From Octopus sinensis (Eukaryota), in NCBI RefSeq assembly GCF_006345805.1, contig NC_043007.1:55862001-55926000 (forward strand): a stretch of 64,000 nucleotides of DNA. The letters are read 5' to 3'. The position numbers and the translations under genes are program-made. The notes beneath the pieces are model-generated. The model ran no database searches. It was not told where the DNA came from and saw only the letters and a list, made by a program, of their open reading frames with translations. Numbering within the stretch: position 1 is the stretch's first letter; every line of letters begins with the position of its first letter. Shown one piece after another: positions 51,049-64,000 of the stretch.

Positions 51049-51617
51049 ATTGCACTTATGCAAACATTAGTTTGCTAGTAAATAGGCTAGTTTTTACAAA
51101 GAAAATAAATAACAGATATAAAAAATTCAAGATTCAAGAGCAAAATATTTTAATTTACAATTGTTTTAAAAGTTTTTGGCTAATTGTTAACAGAATTAAC
51201 GATTGTATGTCCAAACCTGAAATACTTAATTTTGAATTAACTGTACACACGAATTTTTCAGCGTATGTTTTATCATATGCACATATACAAAGGTTAATAA
51301 ATCGATATTTTATTTATGTAGATTACTAAGATATGTTTGGTTTGAAAAATTCATGTATACTTAATAAAAAATACAAACGCAAAATAAAATATTACAAAAT
51401 AGCATACCAATTAAAAGCTTACCACCGGTAGCACTCCTTCCTTACTTAAAAATTTGACATTGAAAGAAATGAGTCCAGCACAATGTATAAATGATCAAAG
51501 TATGGCTTTATCTTCAGAACTGCGTTTGATGCTTAAATTTATGAAATTATTTTATATGAATATTTTCGCCTGAAACAAAAAAAGCGTATGATAAATCATA
51601 CGCTGGGCATTAATGGG
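49645..51617 (-). mobile_element. Internally deleted piggyBac transposon
   Basis: TTAA TSDs (49641-49644 and 51618-51621) and TIRs CCCATCAATTCC / CCCATTAATGCC. Confidence 0.85.
49903..50948 (-). pseudogene. piggyBac transposase remnant (N-terminus + cysteine-rich C-terminus; catalytic core missing)
   Basis: YNKLPCRRMYWETRSD…SHAMSRNRFKKIHQYLHFNDN, and C-terminal RLCAACEKCTKFVSIKCNVDLHLDTCFLHFHQ*. Confidence 0.85.
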
Positions 51618-51914
51618 TTAAGTACGAAATAGCCTGACTATGGAAAATGAAGAAGGTAAAGATAGTGTCAGTTACTGTTGGGTCCTGGGAACAGTATCAG
51701 AAGGCATCAAGGGCAATTGGAATAGAGTGCACAGTAGAACTATTACAAAAGGTTTGCCTCTTTGGCACGGCCAGAATAACCAGAAAAGTATTAGAGAGCT
51801 GACAAGAACGGATAGCATGGTACGATAGCCCGCTACGCATGAAAGACTTCAGGAGCTCCACGAAAACGTGTGATAAATAATAATAATAATAATAATAATA
51901 TAATAATAATAATA

Positions 51915-52556
51915 TATAGGCGGCTGGACGTGACAGAGGCTGGACGTGTTTTTCGCTGCTCTGACCTGTCAGCAGCTAACCCAGCAGGACAACTGAAAAA
52001 ACAACTGTAAAAAACTGGAAGATCTACTGTTTTCTGTGAGTAATTTGAATTTCCCTCAAAATAAGTTAAGGAACTTACATATCTACAGCTTTGGACATAC
52101 AAACGAACACCTAACAAAAAAAAATTAGAAACATAAATATCTCCAATTTTGTGTAAACATTTTGTCGTCCCTTCTTCCTTGACTATCAGAATAGGTAAAA
52201 TTGCCTTTTATTGTAACAACACAATTAAATGCACGATAAAAAATTATGGAAGTAAGCACCTGCTAATATATACATACTGCACAATTACAAAAACTGTAAA
52301 CCACAGCAAAACTTTTAAAAATAAAATAAAAATTCCAAAAGAAAAAGAAATTCAGAAATTCAAAAACCCGACAGGGTGAACCCGCTCTTCCCCCCACTGT
52401 TCCCAAAGACTGAAATATCTATAACTCCCTGTAAATATTTTAAATCTCCCTCAAAATAAAATAAGTTAGGAAACTTACATACCTACATCTATCGAACACA
52501 CAAACGGTCAGCTTAAAATACAAAAAAAAAGACAAACAAACAAAAAAAATCTTTAA
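51915..52556 (+). mobile_element. Possible HINE/Helitron-like non-autonomous element (host of the mariner)
   Basis: Duplicated GGAAACTTACATA-CTACA…ACAAAC motifs (~52071 and ~52470) and a GACAAACAAAC…CTTTAATA 3' region typical of HINEs. Confidence 0.35.
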
Positions 52557-52558
52557 TA

Positions 52559-53850
52559 CGAGGGGCGTTCAATAAGTAATGCCCCTGACCCACTTCCCAT
52601 AACTGTAGAGCAACGAAACTTGGCACAGTTATTAGTCCTTTTCTACATAGGAAGCACCCAGAGTTACGCATTTCTCCCATCGTTTGATGCAGCTCTGAAG
52701 ACCGTTTTTGTAGAAGATCCCAGCTTGGTCCTCCAACCACGACGTGACTTCAGAAATCAAGGCTGCATCATCTGGGAAACGCTTTCCTTTCAAAAACAAC
52801 TTCATGGCTGGGAAGAGGTGAAAATGAGAGGGTGCAAGGTCAGGAGAGTAGGGGGATGGGGGAGGAGTTCATAGCCGCACGCCTGTGCTTCTGATCTGGC
52901 GACACGCGAGTTGTGGACCGGAGCGTTGTCCTGCAGGAGGAGGATGCCTTTGCTGATCTTGCCCCTCCTCTTGATTTTGATAGCTTCTCTTAATTTCCTC
53001 AAAAGTGAAGCATAATAGGCTCCTGTAATTGTGGTACCCTTTGCCAGGAAATCTGTCATCACTACTCCGTCCTGGTCCCAGAAGACTGTGAGCATGACCT
53101 TGCCAGCGGAGGGCTGCACTCTTGCCTTCTTTGGAGGAGGTGAGTCACGGTCCTTCCATTGCATAGACTGGGCTTTGGTCTATGGATCATAGTGATGGAC
53201 CCAGGTTTCATTCTGTGTAATCAGTCTTTTGAAAAATTTTGACTCATCTTCTTGGCACATCTCCAAATTCATCCTCGAGCACTCGACGCGTTCTTGCTTC
53301 TGGAAAGGCGTGAGCAACCTGGGAATCCATCTGGCAGACACCTTTTGCATATGCAAATGGTCATGAATGATAGTTTCCACAGATCCGGTACTAATCTTGA
53401 CCTCATGGGCTATTTGGCGAATAGTTATGCGTCGATCTTCCAAAATGGCAGCCTCAACTTGACGGACAAATGCCTCATCAATAGCAGAAGGGGGGCGACC
53501 AGATCTGGGAGCTGTTTCCGCAGAGTTCCGACCATGTTTGAATTCATGATGCCAGCGTTTTACAAGGTCATATGATGGGGCATCATCACCATAAGTTACT
53601 TTCATTTCATCAAAAGTCTCCCGTGGTGTGCGTCCTTTCAAATACAGAAACTGGATCACTGCTCGACACTCAACAGGCTCCATTTCACACTTGACTCAGT
53701 TCAAACACCTGTAAATCAGAAACCACAATTAGTACAGAGCTGTAATTTACTACTTAATCTGAAGAGATATGAATAATTGCACATGCAAAATTTCAGCTAG
53801 ATCAAACAACTGCAAATGGGTCAGGGGCATTACTTATTGAGCGTCCCTCG
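52559..53850 (-). mobile_element. Full-length mariner transposon (1292 bp, irritans-like), inactive
   Basis: ~34-bp TIRs CGAGGG(G/A)CG(T/C)TCAATAAGTAATGCCCCTGACCCA and TA TSDs (52557-52558 and 53851-53852). Confidence 0.95.
52632..53683 (-). pseudogene. mariner transposase pseudogene
   Basis: HTH region, WIPRLLT, ITQNETW, LLLQDNAP.H, YSPDLAPSHFHLFP. One in-frame TAG (~53180) and a 1-nt deletion in a C run (~52852). Confidence 0.95.
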
Positions 53851-54242
53851 TATCTACAACTAATGTGGGATAACGTATCCTTTCCTCTCTCCCTGAGTTT
53901 TCGAAAATGTAAATATCATCCTCCTCTTTATTCGAAGAACACTATCGTTTCTCTCTGTGCAGTCATACAAAAGACCATATTTAGTAAATCTTAGAACTAG
54001 CCACAACTTGTTTTCTTTTCTAAACATTCTTTTTCCCATTGCAAAAGTCTTATTGTATTTTCCAAATGGATAGACAAACGAACATCTCAAGAATACTTAA
54101 AAACTTTAATATATTACCCAAATGCGTAAACACAACTCCTATTGCAACAACATAATTGAATTCAGAAATTTAAAAAATCATCGACGTGAATATCAGATAA
54201 TATGTGTGTGTGAGTATACATATACATATACATATGTGTGTG

Positions 54243-54289
<47 letters not shown>

Positions 54290-54666
54290 TTTGATACTTT
54301 GATAGGTTTCGGCCATTATTGGCCCAGGCCATGTCTAACTTAATAGCACCACCTGGTAAATATATATATATATATAGTTTTTTCCCCTTCCTACCATTAA
54401 TTACAAATATAACAAGCTGAATTGCTTTTCAAGGCAGCGCTGAAAAAAAAAAAGTAAACAGGTTTGACCTCTCCTGACCTGAAATGTCCTTTGTCTCTTT
54501 GGCTATCTCTCAACCATCTGCTGAATCTATTTATAGACCTATAGAACATGACCTCTTCACCAACTACTCCCTCAAACAATGGTAGTAGTGGTGGTGATGG
54601 TGATAATGATAAAAATAAAAATAACAATAATAAGCTACTGCTGCGACTACACATAAAACAATATCA

Positions 54667-54697
<31 letters not shown>

Positions 54698-54729
54698 TGA
54701 TGATAATGATAATAATAATAACAATAATA

Positions 54730-57700
54730 ACTGACAGATCCTTTTTTCCGTATTTTATTCTCATTTTTTCGAACTAACACAAGCAGAGTAAACCTTTCAT
54801 AAGTTTAAAAATAAAAAAAAACTATGTTCGGAGATAAATCTATCAACAAAAAAAATACAGACAAATACAGATCTGCTAGCAATGTTTACGTGCAGGGAAC
54901 CCTAAACTGACAGATCCGTCTCCTAATGTAAGAGTCGAAGCTCGTCATGCTTCAATGTCAACAAAACAAATTAAAAACCGCAATGGTCATCGCGCGGATG
55001 ACAAAAGACCACGTACCCGAAAATTGAACCAAATTCTGATTGAAAAATCAGCTACTGGATCAAATCTTCCCAACACACAGGAGCTGGACGTACCCCACAA
55101 CCAGAATATTCCAACAGATGGCCATCCATGCTCGTCACCAAATAATCAAAAGAAAAAGAAGGAAAAATGGTCTAGGGAAGATAATAAAGAAGTTCTTGCG
55201 GCCTTCTACCATGCCATATATTTCCCCACAGATAAATCTAACACTGTACAAACATACTTAAACTGGAGACAGAAACACCCTGAAGCAAGACCCTACATAG
55301 ACAGTAACAAACTTGCCAACGTCAGAAGAAACATTATAAAAAAAAATTACTGACTGAAGTAGAGATTGATCAAATTAGACAAGCAGTGACGGATAAAATG
55401 AACGAAGCTGCTGCTAGAGAAGATAATACAGAGGAAATAATTATAGACCAGACCAGGGCTGAAAAAAACGAAGTAAGGATTGAAAGAGTGATTGAATAAG
55501 TGATAGGCAAAGTGAAATACTCCCTGAACCAATCATAAACACTAAGACAGATAAACATCAAATAAATAAAGAAAGTCACACAAATATTGACCCAACAGAA
55601 CTACATGAGCTAAAAAATCAAATCATGATTGAAATGCTGAAAATTAAAGAAACCAGCATGGATGAACGCGATACACTCCCTAAAATTCGCAACTCTAACC
55701 AAAACCTGAAAATAATTGGTAAAATCCGGCTTACATCTAAGGATATAATTTCAGCTAATGATGTTGATATCATCGATCTCAACCACCTATACTATGCATC
55801 CGCGAAAATCTCAACGATCCTATGTGGTGAAAAGATTAGAAAACGGCAACATTCCCACAAAAAGCCTTCTTGCTAAGAGCGTTTGCAACAACAAATTAAA
55901 CTATTTAGATCTGACATTGATTATTTGAAAAACCTTAAGGTTCAAAAGACTACCAAACCTACAAAAACCCCAAAATTACTGAAAAAATATAATATGAAAA
56001 CTATACTTGATATTGATGCCACCATAGAAACCATCAAGCAAAAGGTATGTGCTAAAGCTGCCCGCATAGCGAGGTATGAAAAGCGTGATAGATTTTTCAA
56101 GGTCAACAACATGTTCAAAAATAACCCCAAAAATTTTTACAGGAAGATAGGAAAAACAGCAGTTACTGTAAAGTCTGTATCATCAAAAGAAGTGCAGGGA
56201 TTTTGGAATAAAATTTGGGCAGAAGAAAAAACACACAACGAAAAGGCCCCCTGGATTGATAGAATATTTACAGAACTGGACTCCTTAGACGTAAGTATGA
56301 GATCATGGAGAACCACACTAACTTTGAACAGTGACAATGAATCTCTAAATGCTGGTGATGTAAAAATTTCATGTGGCATTTTCCAGGGTGACTCACTATC
56401 ACAACTCCTCTTTTGTTTAGCCTTAATACCTCTCTCAAAACTGCTCAATGACGCGTAGTACGGATATAAAATGTTTGATAAAAATATAAATCATCTCATT
56501 TACATGGATGATTTAAAGCTCTTTGCAAAAAATAACCAACAACTCAAGGGCTTACTAGCGATTGTCAATCAATTTAGTGACGACATCAGAATGCTATTTG
56601 GCCTCGATAAATGTGCAAAAGCTACCTTTATCAAAGGAAAAATGACAGAAACATCTAACGTTAACCTTGACCAACAGAATATCATAAAAGAATTAGACCC
56701 AGTGGAGAGCTACAAGTACCTAGGGGTAATTGAAGTGGACGGAATAAGGCATTCAGAGATGAAGGAAAGGATCAGGAGAGAATGTTATCGAAGAGTGAGA
56801 GCAATACTCAAAACAGAGCTGAATGCGAGAAACAGGATCGATGCGATGAATGCATTAGCCATACCAGTCGTGACTTACAGTTTCAATATCGTTAACTGGT
56901 CAATTACTGAAATATGTCAGCTTGACAGAAAAATACGAAAACTGTTGACAATGCATAGAATGCACCACCCTAAGGCAGATACAGAACGACTTTATCTGCC
57001 GAGAAAAGAGGGAGGCCGTGGTCTTTTACAACTGGCAATGACAATGAAGATTGCTACAATTGGCCTAGACACCTACCTGGAAAAGTCTGAGGACTGGATG
57101 TTAAAACTTGTTTCAAAACAAGAAAGCATCATACTCAGTAACAAAACAGGCAAAGGAATATCTAAGTGAATTCCGAATACAACAAATTTCGGAATTAGAG
57201 ATAGACATACAAGAAACAGGCACAGAAAAAGCTAAGCGCATTAAAACCCGTGCTAAAACTACGGCCTTAGATATTCTGAATGATAAATGGCAAGAAAACC
57301 TCTGTATGGCAAATACCCAAATAGAGCGAATAATGCAGATATTGACAAAGCCCTGACCCATCAATGGCTAATGGCCTCTGGCTTAAAATCTGAAACAGAG
57401 GGGTTTATCATAGCAGCTCAAGATCAATCCCTACCAACAAGAAACTACCAGGCCAACATATTAAAAAACGGCAGTCGCCCAACATGTCGTGTATGTCAAC
57501 AACAAAAGGAAACCATTGATCATGTTGTCTCCAAGTACAGTCTTCTAGCGCCTACAGAGTATCTCAACAGGCATGATAGAGCTGCACAATATATTCACTG
57601 GGTAATTTGCAAAAACCTGGAGTTGCCCCATGAAAAAAACTGGTGGGAACACAAACCACCTCCAGTACTTGAAAATGACCACATCTCACTCCTCTGGAAC

Positions 57701-58296
57701 TTCACCATTCAAACTGACAGAAAGATAGATGCAAATAGGCCAGACATCATATTGAAAGACTTCAGAAAAAGAACATGCCTCCTCATTGATATGACTGTCC
57801 CAATCGACATAAACGTATCTGTCAAGACCTACCAGAAACTGAGCAAATATAAAGATCTTGAAATAGAAATCAGCAAAATGTGGAACCTGAAGACTAAAAC
57901 AATACCTGTTGTCATAGGTGCCCTGGGAATGATAGCGAAAGGGGCTGATTGCTACCTAACTCAGATACCAGGAAATCCCAAAATGGCAGAAATTCAAAAG
58001 ATAGTACTCATGGGAACTGCTCATATCCTACGCAAAATACTTTCTATGTAATCTCAAGGTTTAAAACAAACAATTTTTATTTATTTATTTATCATTTTTT
58101 TAAATATTTTATTTTATTTGTTTTTTTAAATTTATTTATTAGACATTCACTAGTACAACACAACCCCCCCCCCAAAAAAAAATATATGGCACACTAGGCA
58201 TAACAACAACGTGAACTGCCAATCTGTTGTCTCTTGAGGTCTCTTGGTGAGACTTGGAGCCAGCTTGTACAAATATAAAGCAAAAGTCAAACATAG
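54730..58296 (+). mobile_element. R4/Dong-like LINE (family b), near full length with internal RT deletion
   Basis: Preceded by GAT/AAT repeats and followed by (AAT)n. Carries a long 3'UTR. Confidence 0.9.
54955..58051 (+). pseudogene. R4/Dong polyprotein pseudogene
   Basis: KWSRED; GIFQGDSLS.LLF; YMDDLKL; HPKADTERLY; ETEGFIIAAQDQSL; CRVC…ETIDHVVS; RPDIILKD…LLIDMTVP…KY.DL. RT domains 0-2 are deleted near 56280, and there are several stops. Confidence 0.9.
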
Positions 58297-58372
58297 AATA
58301 ATAATAATAATAGCAACAACAACAACAACAGCAACATCGGCAGCAACAAAAACAACAACAACAACAATAATA

Positions 58373-58586
58373 ATCCTTTCTACTGAAGGTACAAGGCCTG
58401 AAATTTGGATGAAAGGGACTAGTCGGTTACATCGACCCCAGCGTTTCACTCGTATTTAATTTATCGGCCTCGAAAACATGAAAAGCATAGTCGACCACGG
58501 CAAAATTTGAACGCAGAACGTAAAGACTGATGAAATGCTGCAAAGTATTGTGGCCGGCGTGCTAACAATTCTACCAGCTCATCGCC

Positions 58587-58588
<2 letters not shown>
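58373..58588 (-). mobile_element. SINE family A in (AAT)n
   Basis: Family A motifs, with AAT tracts on both sides. Confidence 0.8.
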
Positions 58589-58632
<44 letters not shown>

Positions 58633-58655
58633 CAACAACGATAATAATTATAATG

Positions 58656-58719
<64 letters not shown>

Positions 58720-58751
58720 CGATAATAATGATAATGATAACAAACGGTAAT

Positions 58752-59283
58752 AAACGTCCTGATGCGTACCAGGTACTGGTTCTCATGGCTTCTGGTCTTA
58801 ACTGATTGGAAGTGTTATCATATACATGTTTTGTCTTGGTATAAAACATGAGCTACAGCAAATATTCTACTCTGTACCACAGATTTGTGTCTCAGTTGTT
58901 TGACTTTAGCCAGTTGAACATGTCTCTTAGTGGCTGACAATATGTGCATCTCTGATCACGAGCAGAAGTAGTGGGGGAGCATCATAGCCATGTGTTGAGA
59001 GGGATTCTTTGGGGATTTGGATAATTAACCTCTGGAAACATAGGTGTTTCTTTCAACATCCTTAAATGAACCTTATTTTGAGAGGGACGGGCTACTCGAC
59101 CTGAGGAAAATTCTAACTGGGCCCCACCTGCAAGGTGATGTGCTCTTTATCTTGATATGAGATTACCATGTCTCACACATATGCCTGGTATACCCTTATC
59201 AGACGGGTAGTCAAGATGGGTATATTGGGCTTCGCATATTTTACCCCAGTGTCATTTTAATAGCATGCACTGCTCTCTCACTC
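58752..59283 (+). mobile_element. (AAT)n-embedded non-tRNA element family C
   Basis: Collinear with 47236-47796. Confidence 0.85.
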
Positions 59284-59328
59284 AATGATGATGATGATGA
59301 TGATGATGATAACAACAACAACAACAAC

Positions 59329-59375
<47 letters not shown>

Positions 59376-59679
59376 CCCCACCACTACCACATGCCCTGTC
59401 ACATTCAAAATCAAAGAAGAAAACATTCACAGTTATTTTAGAATGCATACACATTCACACAAACTCCAACTGACATACAAACTTTGTCTCTAACATACAT
59501 AACGCAATAATTCTTTAATGTACATATACATGCCCATACGTGTGTACACAATCATAGATGCATATATATATATATATAAATACACACACACACATACATA
59601 CATATGTGTGTGTGCCTGTGTGTATATGTTTATATGTGTGTTTTCGGGTTTTCCCTACCCCTTCACAACGCCAGCCCAC

Positions 59680-60730
59680 TCTTCTTATTGCTACATAACT
59701 ACCACCATGTTCCCCCACCATCACCGTCACCGCCGCAACCAACATGCAACCACAAAATCAACAGTAAACCATCCAGTTTCTATATTGATTTATCGATCTC
59801 CCTTCCGCCTCTATATATCATTTATTCTCTTTCCCACTAATTCCCCCTCCCCCATCCTCTCCTTTTTATTCTCCTTCATTGAACTATTTTCTCCGTTCCT
59901 TCTCCACCACCATGCACGGATACCAACCCTTCCCGTAACATTGTAACTTACATCACCGCCATCGCTCACACCTGCCACTTTCTTTAACATCAGCTGCTTC
60001 AGCACCACCATCACCACCAAACCAAATCCACCACCATTACCACTGTCACCCATCTCCATCGCGTGCACCACCGCCGTCACCACTACTACCACTGCCACCA
60101 CCATCACAACCAGTACCATCACCTTTATGTCTATCACATCTCCGCTATCATCACCATCACTTTTCGCAACCATTAAGGAACTTTTGTGAGATAGCTCTAT
60201 TTCCTAGAAATAGCAGCTCAGCCTTCCTCAAAACACTCCACCGTCATGTTGGATAACGAGATATTGGGTTTTATGTACATCGAAAAATGAGTGGATAGTC
60301 ATGGCTGGATTGCCTCTTGATGTAGATCTAGGCGGAGGGGACTCAGCTATGGTCAAACAACAAACCGCACCACTACTTTTACTCAAAACCATCACCACGA
60401 CAATAGCAATACTGACAACAAGCCACCATAACCTTTTCTGGTGACTCCATCACAACCGGCAACACTTTTACTTACACTACCACAGGCAGCACGACTAACA
60501 CCGCTGTGAAACCATTGCAACAGTAAAAACTTATATATCATCACACACCACCATCGAAACACCACCAGTCTAGACACAACCAGCATCATCAGTACATACA
60601 TCACTACTATAGACATACGCCATCTATATCAGTATCCGCAGACACCAACACCGCCATCATCATCATCACTACAGATAGTTGCAGCCACCACCACCACCAC
60701 TACCACTACCACTTTCACAATCAACCAACA
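59680..60730. repeat. Cryptic CAC/CAT/ACC-rich low-complexity region
   Basis: Degenerate trinucleotide repeats with no coherent ORF. Confidence 0.7.
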
Positions 60731-62099
60731 CCGTCTGGTTCTCTGCTATAGTAATTCTTCAGTTAACATTTGCTTTAAGGCTGTTATCTATTTACTGCGA
60801 TTGTTTCACCAGCCTCAACTATCATCCCGATATAATCCTTCCCTCCCACTTCCATAACCTTTGTTTATTTTTATCAACATTTTCCCTCCTTTTCTTGTTT
60901 CTTTCGTCCCCCTTGTGTTTCTCTGTTTCTCCTTGGGTGTTTTTCTGTCTTTTGCTAGTTCTCTTTATTAGTTTCTCTCTCTCTCTCTCTCTATTTTGCT
61001 TTCCCTGTTTCTTTTACTTGTTTCCATTTTCTGTATGTGTGTGTGTGTGTCGGACAATTCTCTGTCTGTTTGTCCGTCTGTCTCTCCCTCTCTCATTCTT
61101 CTTCTCTCTCTTTCTCTCCCTTTTTTCGTCTCGATTCGACATTTTTTTTTTTTTTGCTTTGGAATAATAAGTTCACTGAAGCCAAATCCTAACAGTACAA
61201 AGGCTGGGGGACACAAGTCTCGTTGCTTGCCACAAAGTCACGGTTAAGAGGTAACACATTAGCAAGAGCATTGTAGTGATGCAGCATCTAAGATTTATTT
61301 GTCCATGCTTCAGCCTTCTCTCAAATGTTCCGAGATTTCCGAGTAAAACTGATTCATTATCATCTGATCACTTGCAACATATGGATGAACGACACCGTAC
61401 GAATAAAAAAATGACGATCAACATAGCTTGCATATTTTAGCAACTCTGAAATAATGTTTTATGATCTCAGCGATGGCTATCCAATTCACTGTGGCACCAG
61501 CATTTAAGTTTCGCTAATATAAACGTACACCTATGTTTCAGAAAGTTTCCATCAGTATTTGAACCATCACAAAGCTGTGACTAATGACTCGATTCTATTT
61601 TTGTTCTATCAATCGGCTCGGCACAGATTAAAATCTAAAGAGCAAGGTGATGCATCTTCAAATTATCTTTTAAAATCATGTGATACAAACTTTTTATAAA
61701 TGCTTACTTCTTCAGGAACTTTGCGGAAAGTCAGGAGACGACTTTCACAGATCATAGTACACACTTTTGCAATGTAATCATCGTCCGTTGCAGTCGACGG
61801 TTATCTAGATTTCAGTTCATCTTCGTCGGATGATCTGTTCTTGCTGATTTGAAACGCCGGTACGACCCTTCACATTGTGTACAACTCAAGCAAATCTCCC
61901 CGTAGGACTGTTGCAACTTTAGAAAAGTCTTCTTAAAAGTCTTTTAAAAAATATAACAGAATTTTACACAAACCTGTTGACTTACTAAATCTATAATTGT
62001 TTAACTTTCGAGAGTTCGCTAAGTGTACGAAACATACGTTTACTCTTACCCGTTAGGTCGATGACTAACTGTGGCTAATAAAAGTAGATCAAGGTCACC

Positions 62100-62335
62100 A
62101 ATATACAGCACTATTGTATTTCAATATGTGACTGCGTGTGTATCGTTGGTGATTTTCTTTCTCCGTCTTCCCTTCTTTGGACTTTTTCTATATTTCTGAT
62201 GAAGAGCTCCGCTCGAAACGTGAAACCCTCTTTCTTTTCTTTCCTTTCCTGAGCGTCCAATAACACGGTACTTATTGCACGTCCTCGCGTTGTTGTTTTT
62301 TCTTGCTTGTTCATGTTTGGATTGACTATTGTATC
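62100..62335 (+). mobile_element. Solo PLE terminal-repeat-like segment
   Basis: Pyrimidine-rich segment containing an HHR-like motif at 62193-62225. Confidence 0.45.
62193..62225 (+). ncRNA. Minimal hammerhead-like motif with non-cleavable GUG triplet
   Basis: TTT-CTGATGA-A-GAGC(TCC)GCTC-GAAAC-GTG-AAA. Confidence 0.5.
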
Positions 62336-63839
62336 GGTTACATTTGCGCAAAACTCCGACCTATTCTTTTGAAAAAAAAAGTAATGGTTATGCAGTCTTT
62401 TCTGCCATCAATAAGAGAAAACGTGCATCACCTTCATCAGAAGATGGTGAAGCACGTTTGTCTGCAAAAGTGCTTGCCTATAAAACTTTTCATGAACTGG
62501 CCTGTGTCATCTGATAAGGATGCTTAGTTAAACATATGCAACAAAATGTCAAATATTTTGTTCTAAAACTTCTGCTGAAAATACTGTAAACTGCCTGTTT
62601 GTCAAATCTCAGCATCATTAATCACGTTCTCCGTTCGACCATGTTCTCCGTTCGATCATGTTCTTCGTTATCTCCAATAGAACTTTAAATTAGACTTCCA
62701 CCAGTTGCGTAATCAGTCAGTAGTACTGAAGCAACACAATGACAACATGTGAATTGCCGGTACATTATTAGTTTGGACATTCGCACGAACTAATTCTGAA
62801 AACATTGTATGTGATTTAGTTGGGTCTACCCTTACCTTTAAAAATAGTGATCTTATAGGATTCGAGTTAAAAGTAAACACAGAGGATATAGCAAACCTCT
62901 GCTGGAGACATTCCTCTTCATGCGTGAAGGTTTTTGTACCACTGACTTGTTAGCTCTACCGTACTAAATTGACATTGACCACGTGCTGTGTCAGTCTTAA
63001 TACTCGCTTTCGCCAGCTGAATGGACTGAAGCAACATGAAATGCATTGTCTAAGGGCAGAACGTGACTCCAGGACCAGGAATCGAACGGGAGCTCACTTG
63101 CCTAATCGTAGCTCGTACTAAACAGGTTCTGTAAGTTTTGATTCTCATAGGAAGTCATTTTACTTCACACATCATAGTGATGCTTTTTCGGAATAGACAT
63201 GAACGTCATAGAATCCTATTTCTCTTCGCCTAAACATGTAACTCATTTTTGATGGTAGAATAGATAAATGTTGTTCAGAAGGTTTTACCGTATTCAGTTT
63301 GCTGCTGTAATTACTGAGTTGACATCCACTCGAAGGCGACTTTGTAATGAAGTCCTTCTAGGTTGAATGAAACAAAGTACCATTTACGTACACCAGTACA
63401 TAAATGGTACTTGTTTCATATTTTATTCCGCTCTTAAATTATCAGGCCTTGTGCCTATGTTAAAAATCAGTATTCTAATGAGAAATTTCACAAAATTTCA
63501 CATTTTTATTTCTTCGTTTTACTTCATTTCTCTTGTGATGTCCATATCTTCCCATCCTTGTTTGTTTGTTTATTTATTCCAGTATTTATTTATTTCAATA
63601 TTTTTCCATTACATTTTGTCTCTTTTTGTAATGATTTTTGTCAGACAAATAGATTTCACAATTGATCGTGTCAAAATTAGATCTTTTCCTACATACATTT
63701 CTTCTTTCTTTCTTTTTATTTCAGTCTTTTCCTTTCCCTTTCTTTCTTTCTTTTTATTTATTTATTCGTTTATTTTTTGCTAAGACTTGTTGCGAGTTTT
63801 CTTCCAGCCAATACACAAGACATGCTTACCACACACACT

Positions 63840-63915
<76 letters not shown>

Positions 63916-64000
63916 ATGTATGTATGTATGTATGTATGAGAGTATATTTGTGCATGTATCTCAATGTTTTTTTTTCGTAATGCCTTTTGTTACAAGAACA

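Noticed and set aside
54289-54360. GGCC-AATAAT-GGCC-GAAAC (minus strand) as an HHR
   Set aside because: The CUGAUGA core is truncated and the NUH/stem I is not recoverable. Mentioned only as supporting context.
61300-62800. Possible Tc1/mariner remnant on the minus strand (SDE…F and P.SLDFN-like fragments)
   Set aside because: The motifs are too degraded and no TIRs were found.

Overview
AT-rich eukaryotic DNA crowded with microsatellites and transposable elements. I found no confidently supported host protein-coding gene, so the window is probably intronic or intergenic. The SINE types and repeat landscape suggest a cephalopod (Octopus-like) genome, which is an inference. Contents: (1) a full-length but decayed Tx1-clade LINE (10161-15499) with a 10-bp TSD, inserted just upstream of a hammerhead ribozyme inside a Penelope-like (PLE) repeat; (2) a nearly intact R4/Dong-clade LINE (29827-33935) plus many remnants of several R4/Dong families, nearly all inside (AAT)n tracts; (3) several PLE remnants and at least five minimal hammerhead ribozyme (HHR) motifs, one with a compensatory U3-A8 core; (4) a PLE family whose 3' repeat carries a tRNA-like module, an (AAT)n tract and an HHR, including a TSD-flanked mini-copy (29684-34075) that hosts the R4 LINE; (5) a full-length dead mariner, an internally deleted piggyBac, a hAT/Buster remnant, Helentron-like HINEs and several MITE-like palindromes; (6) three tRNA-derived SINE families and one ~560-bp non-tRNA element embedded in (AAT)n; (7) a ~1.23-kb tandem duplication that may be an assembly artefact. 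Most short ORFs in the supplied track are microsatellite translations or antisense frames of TE ORFs.
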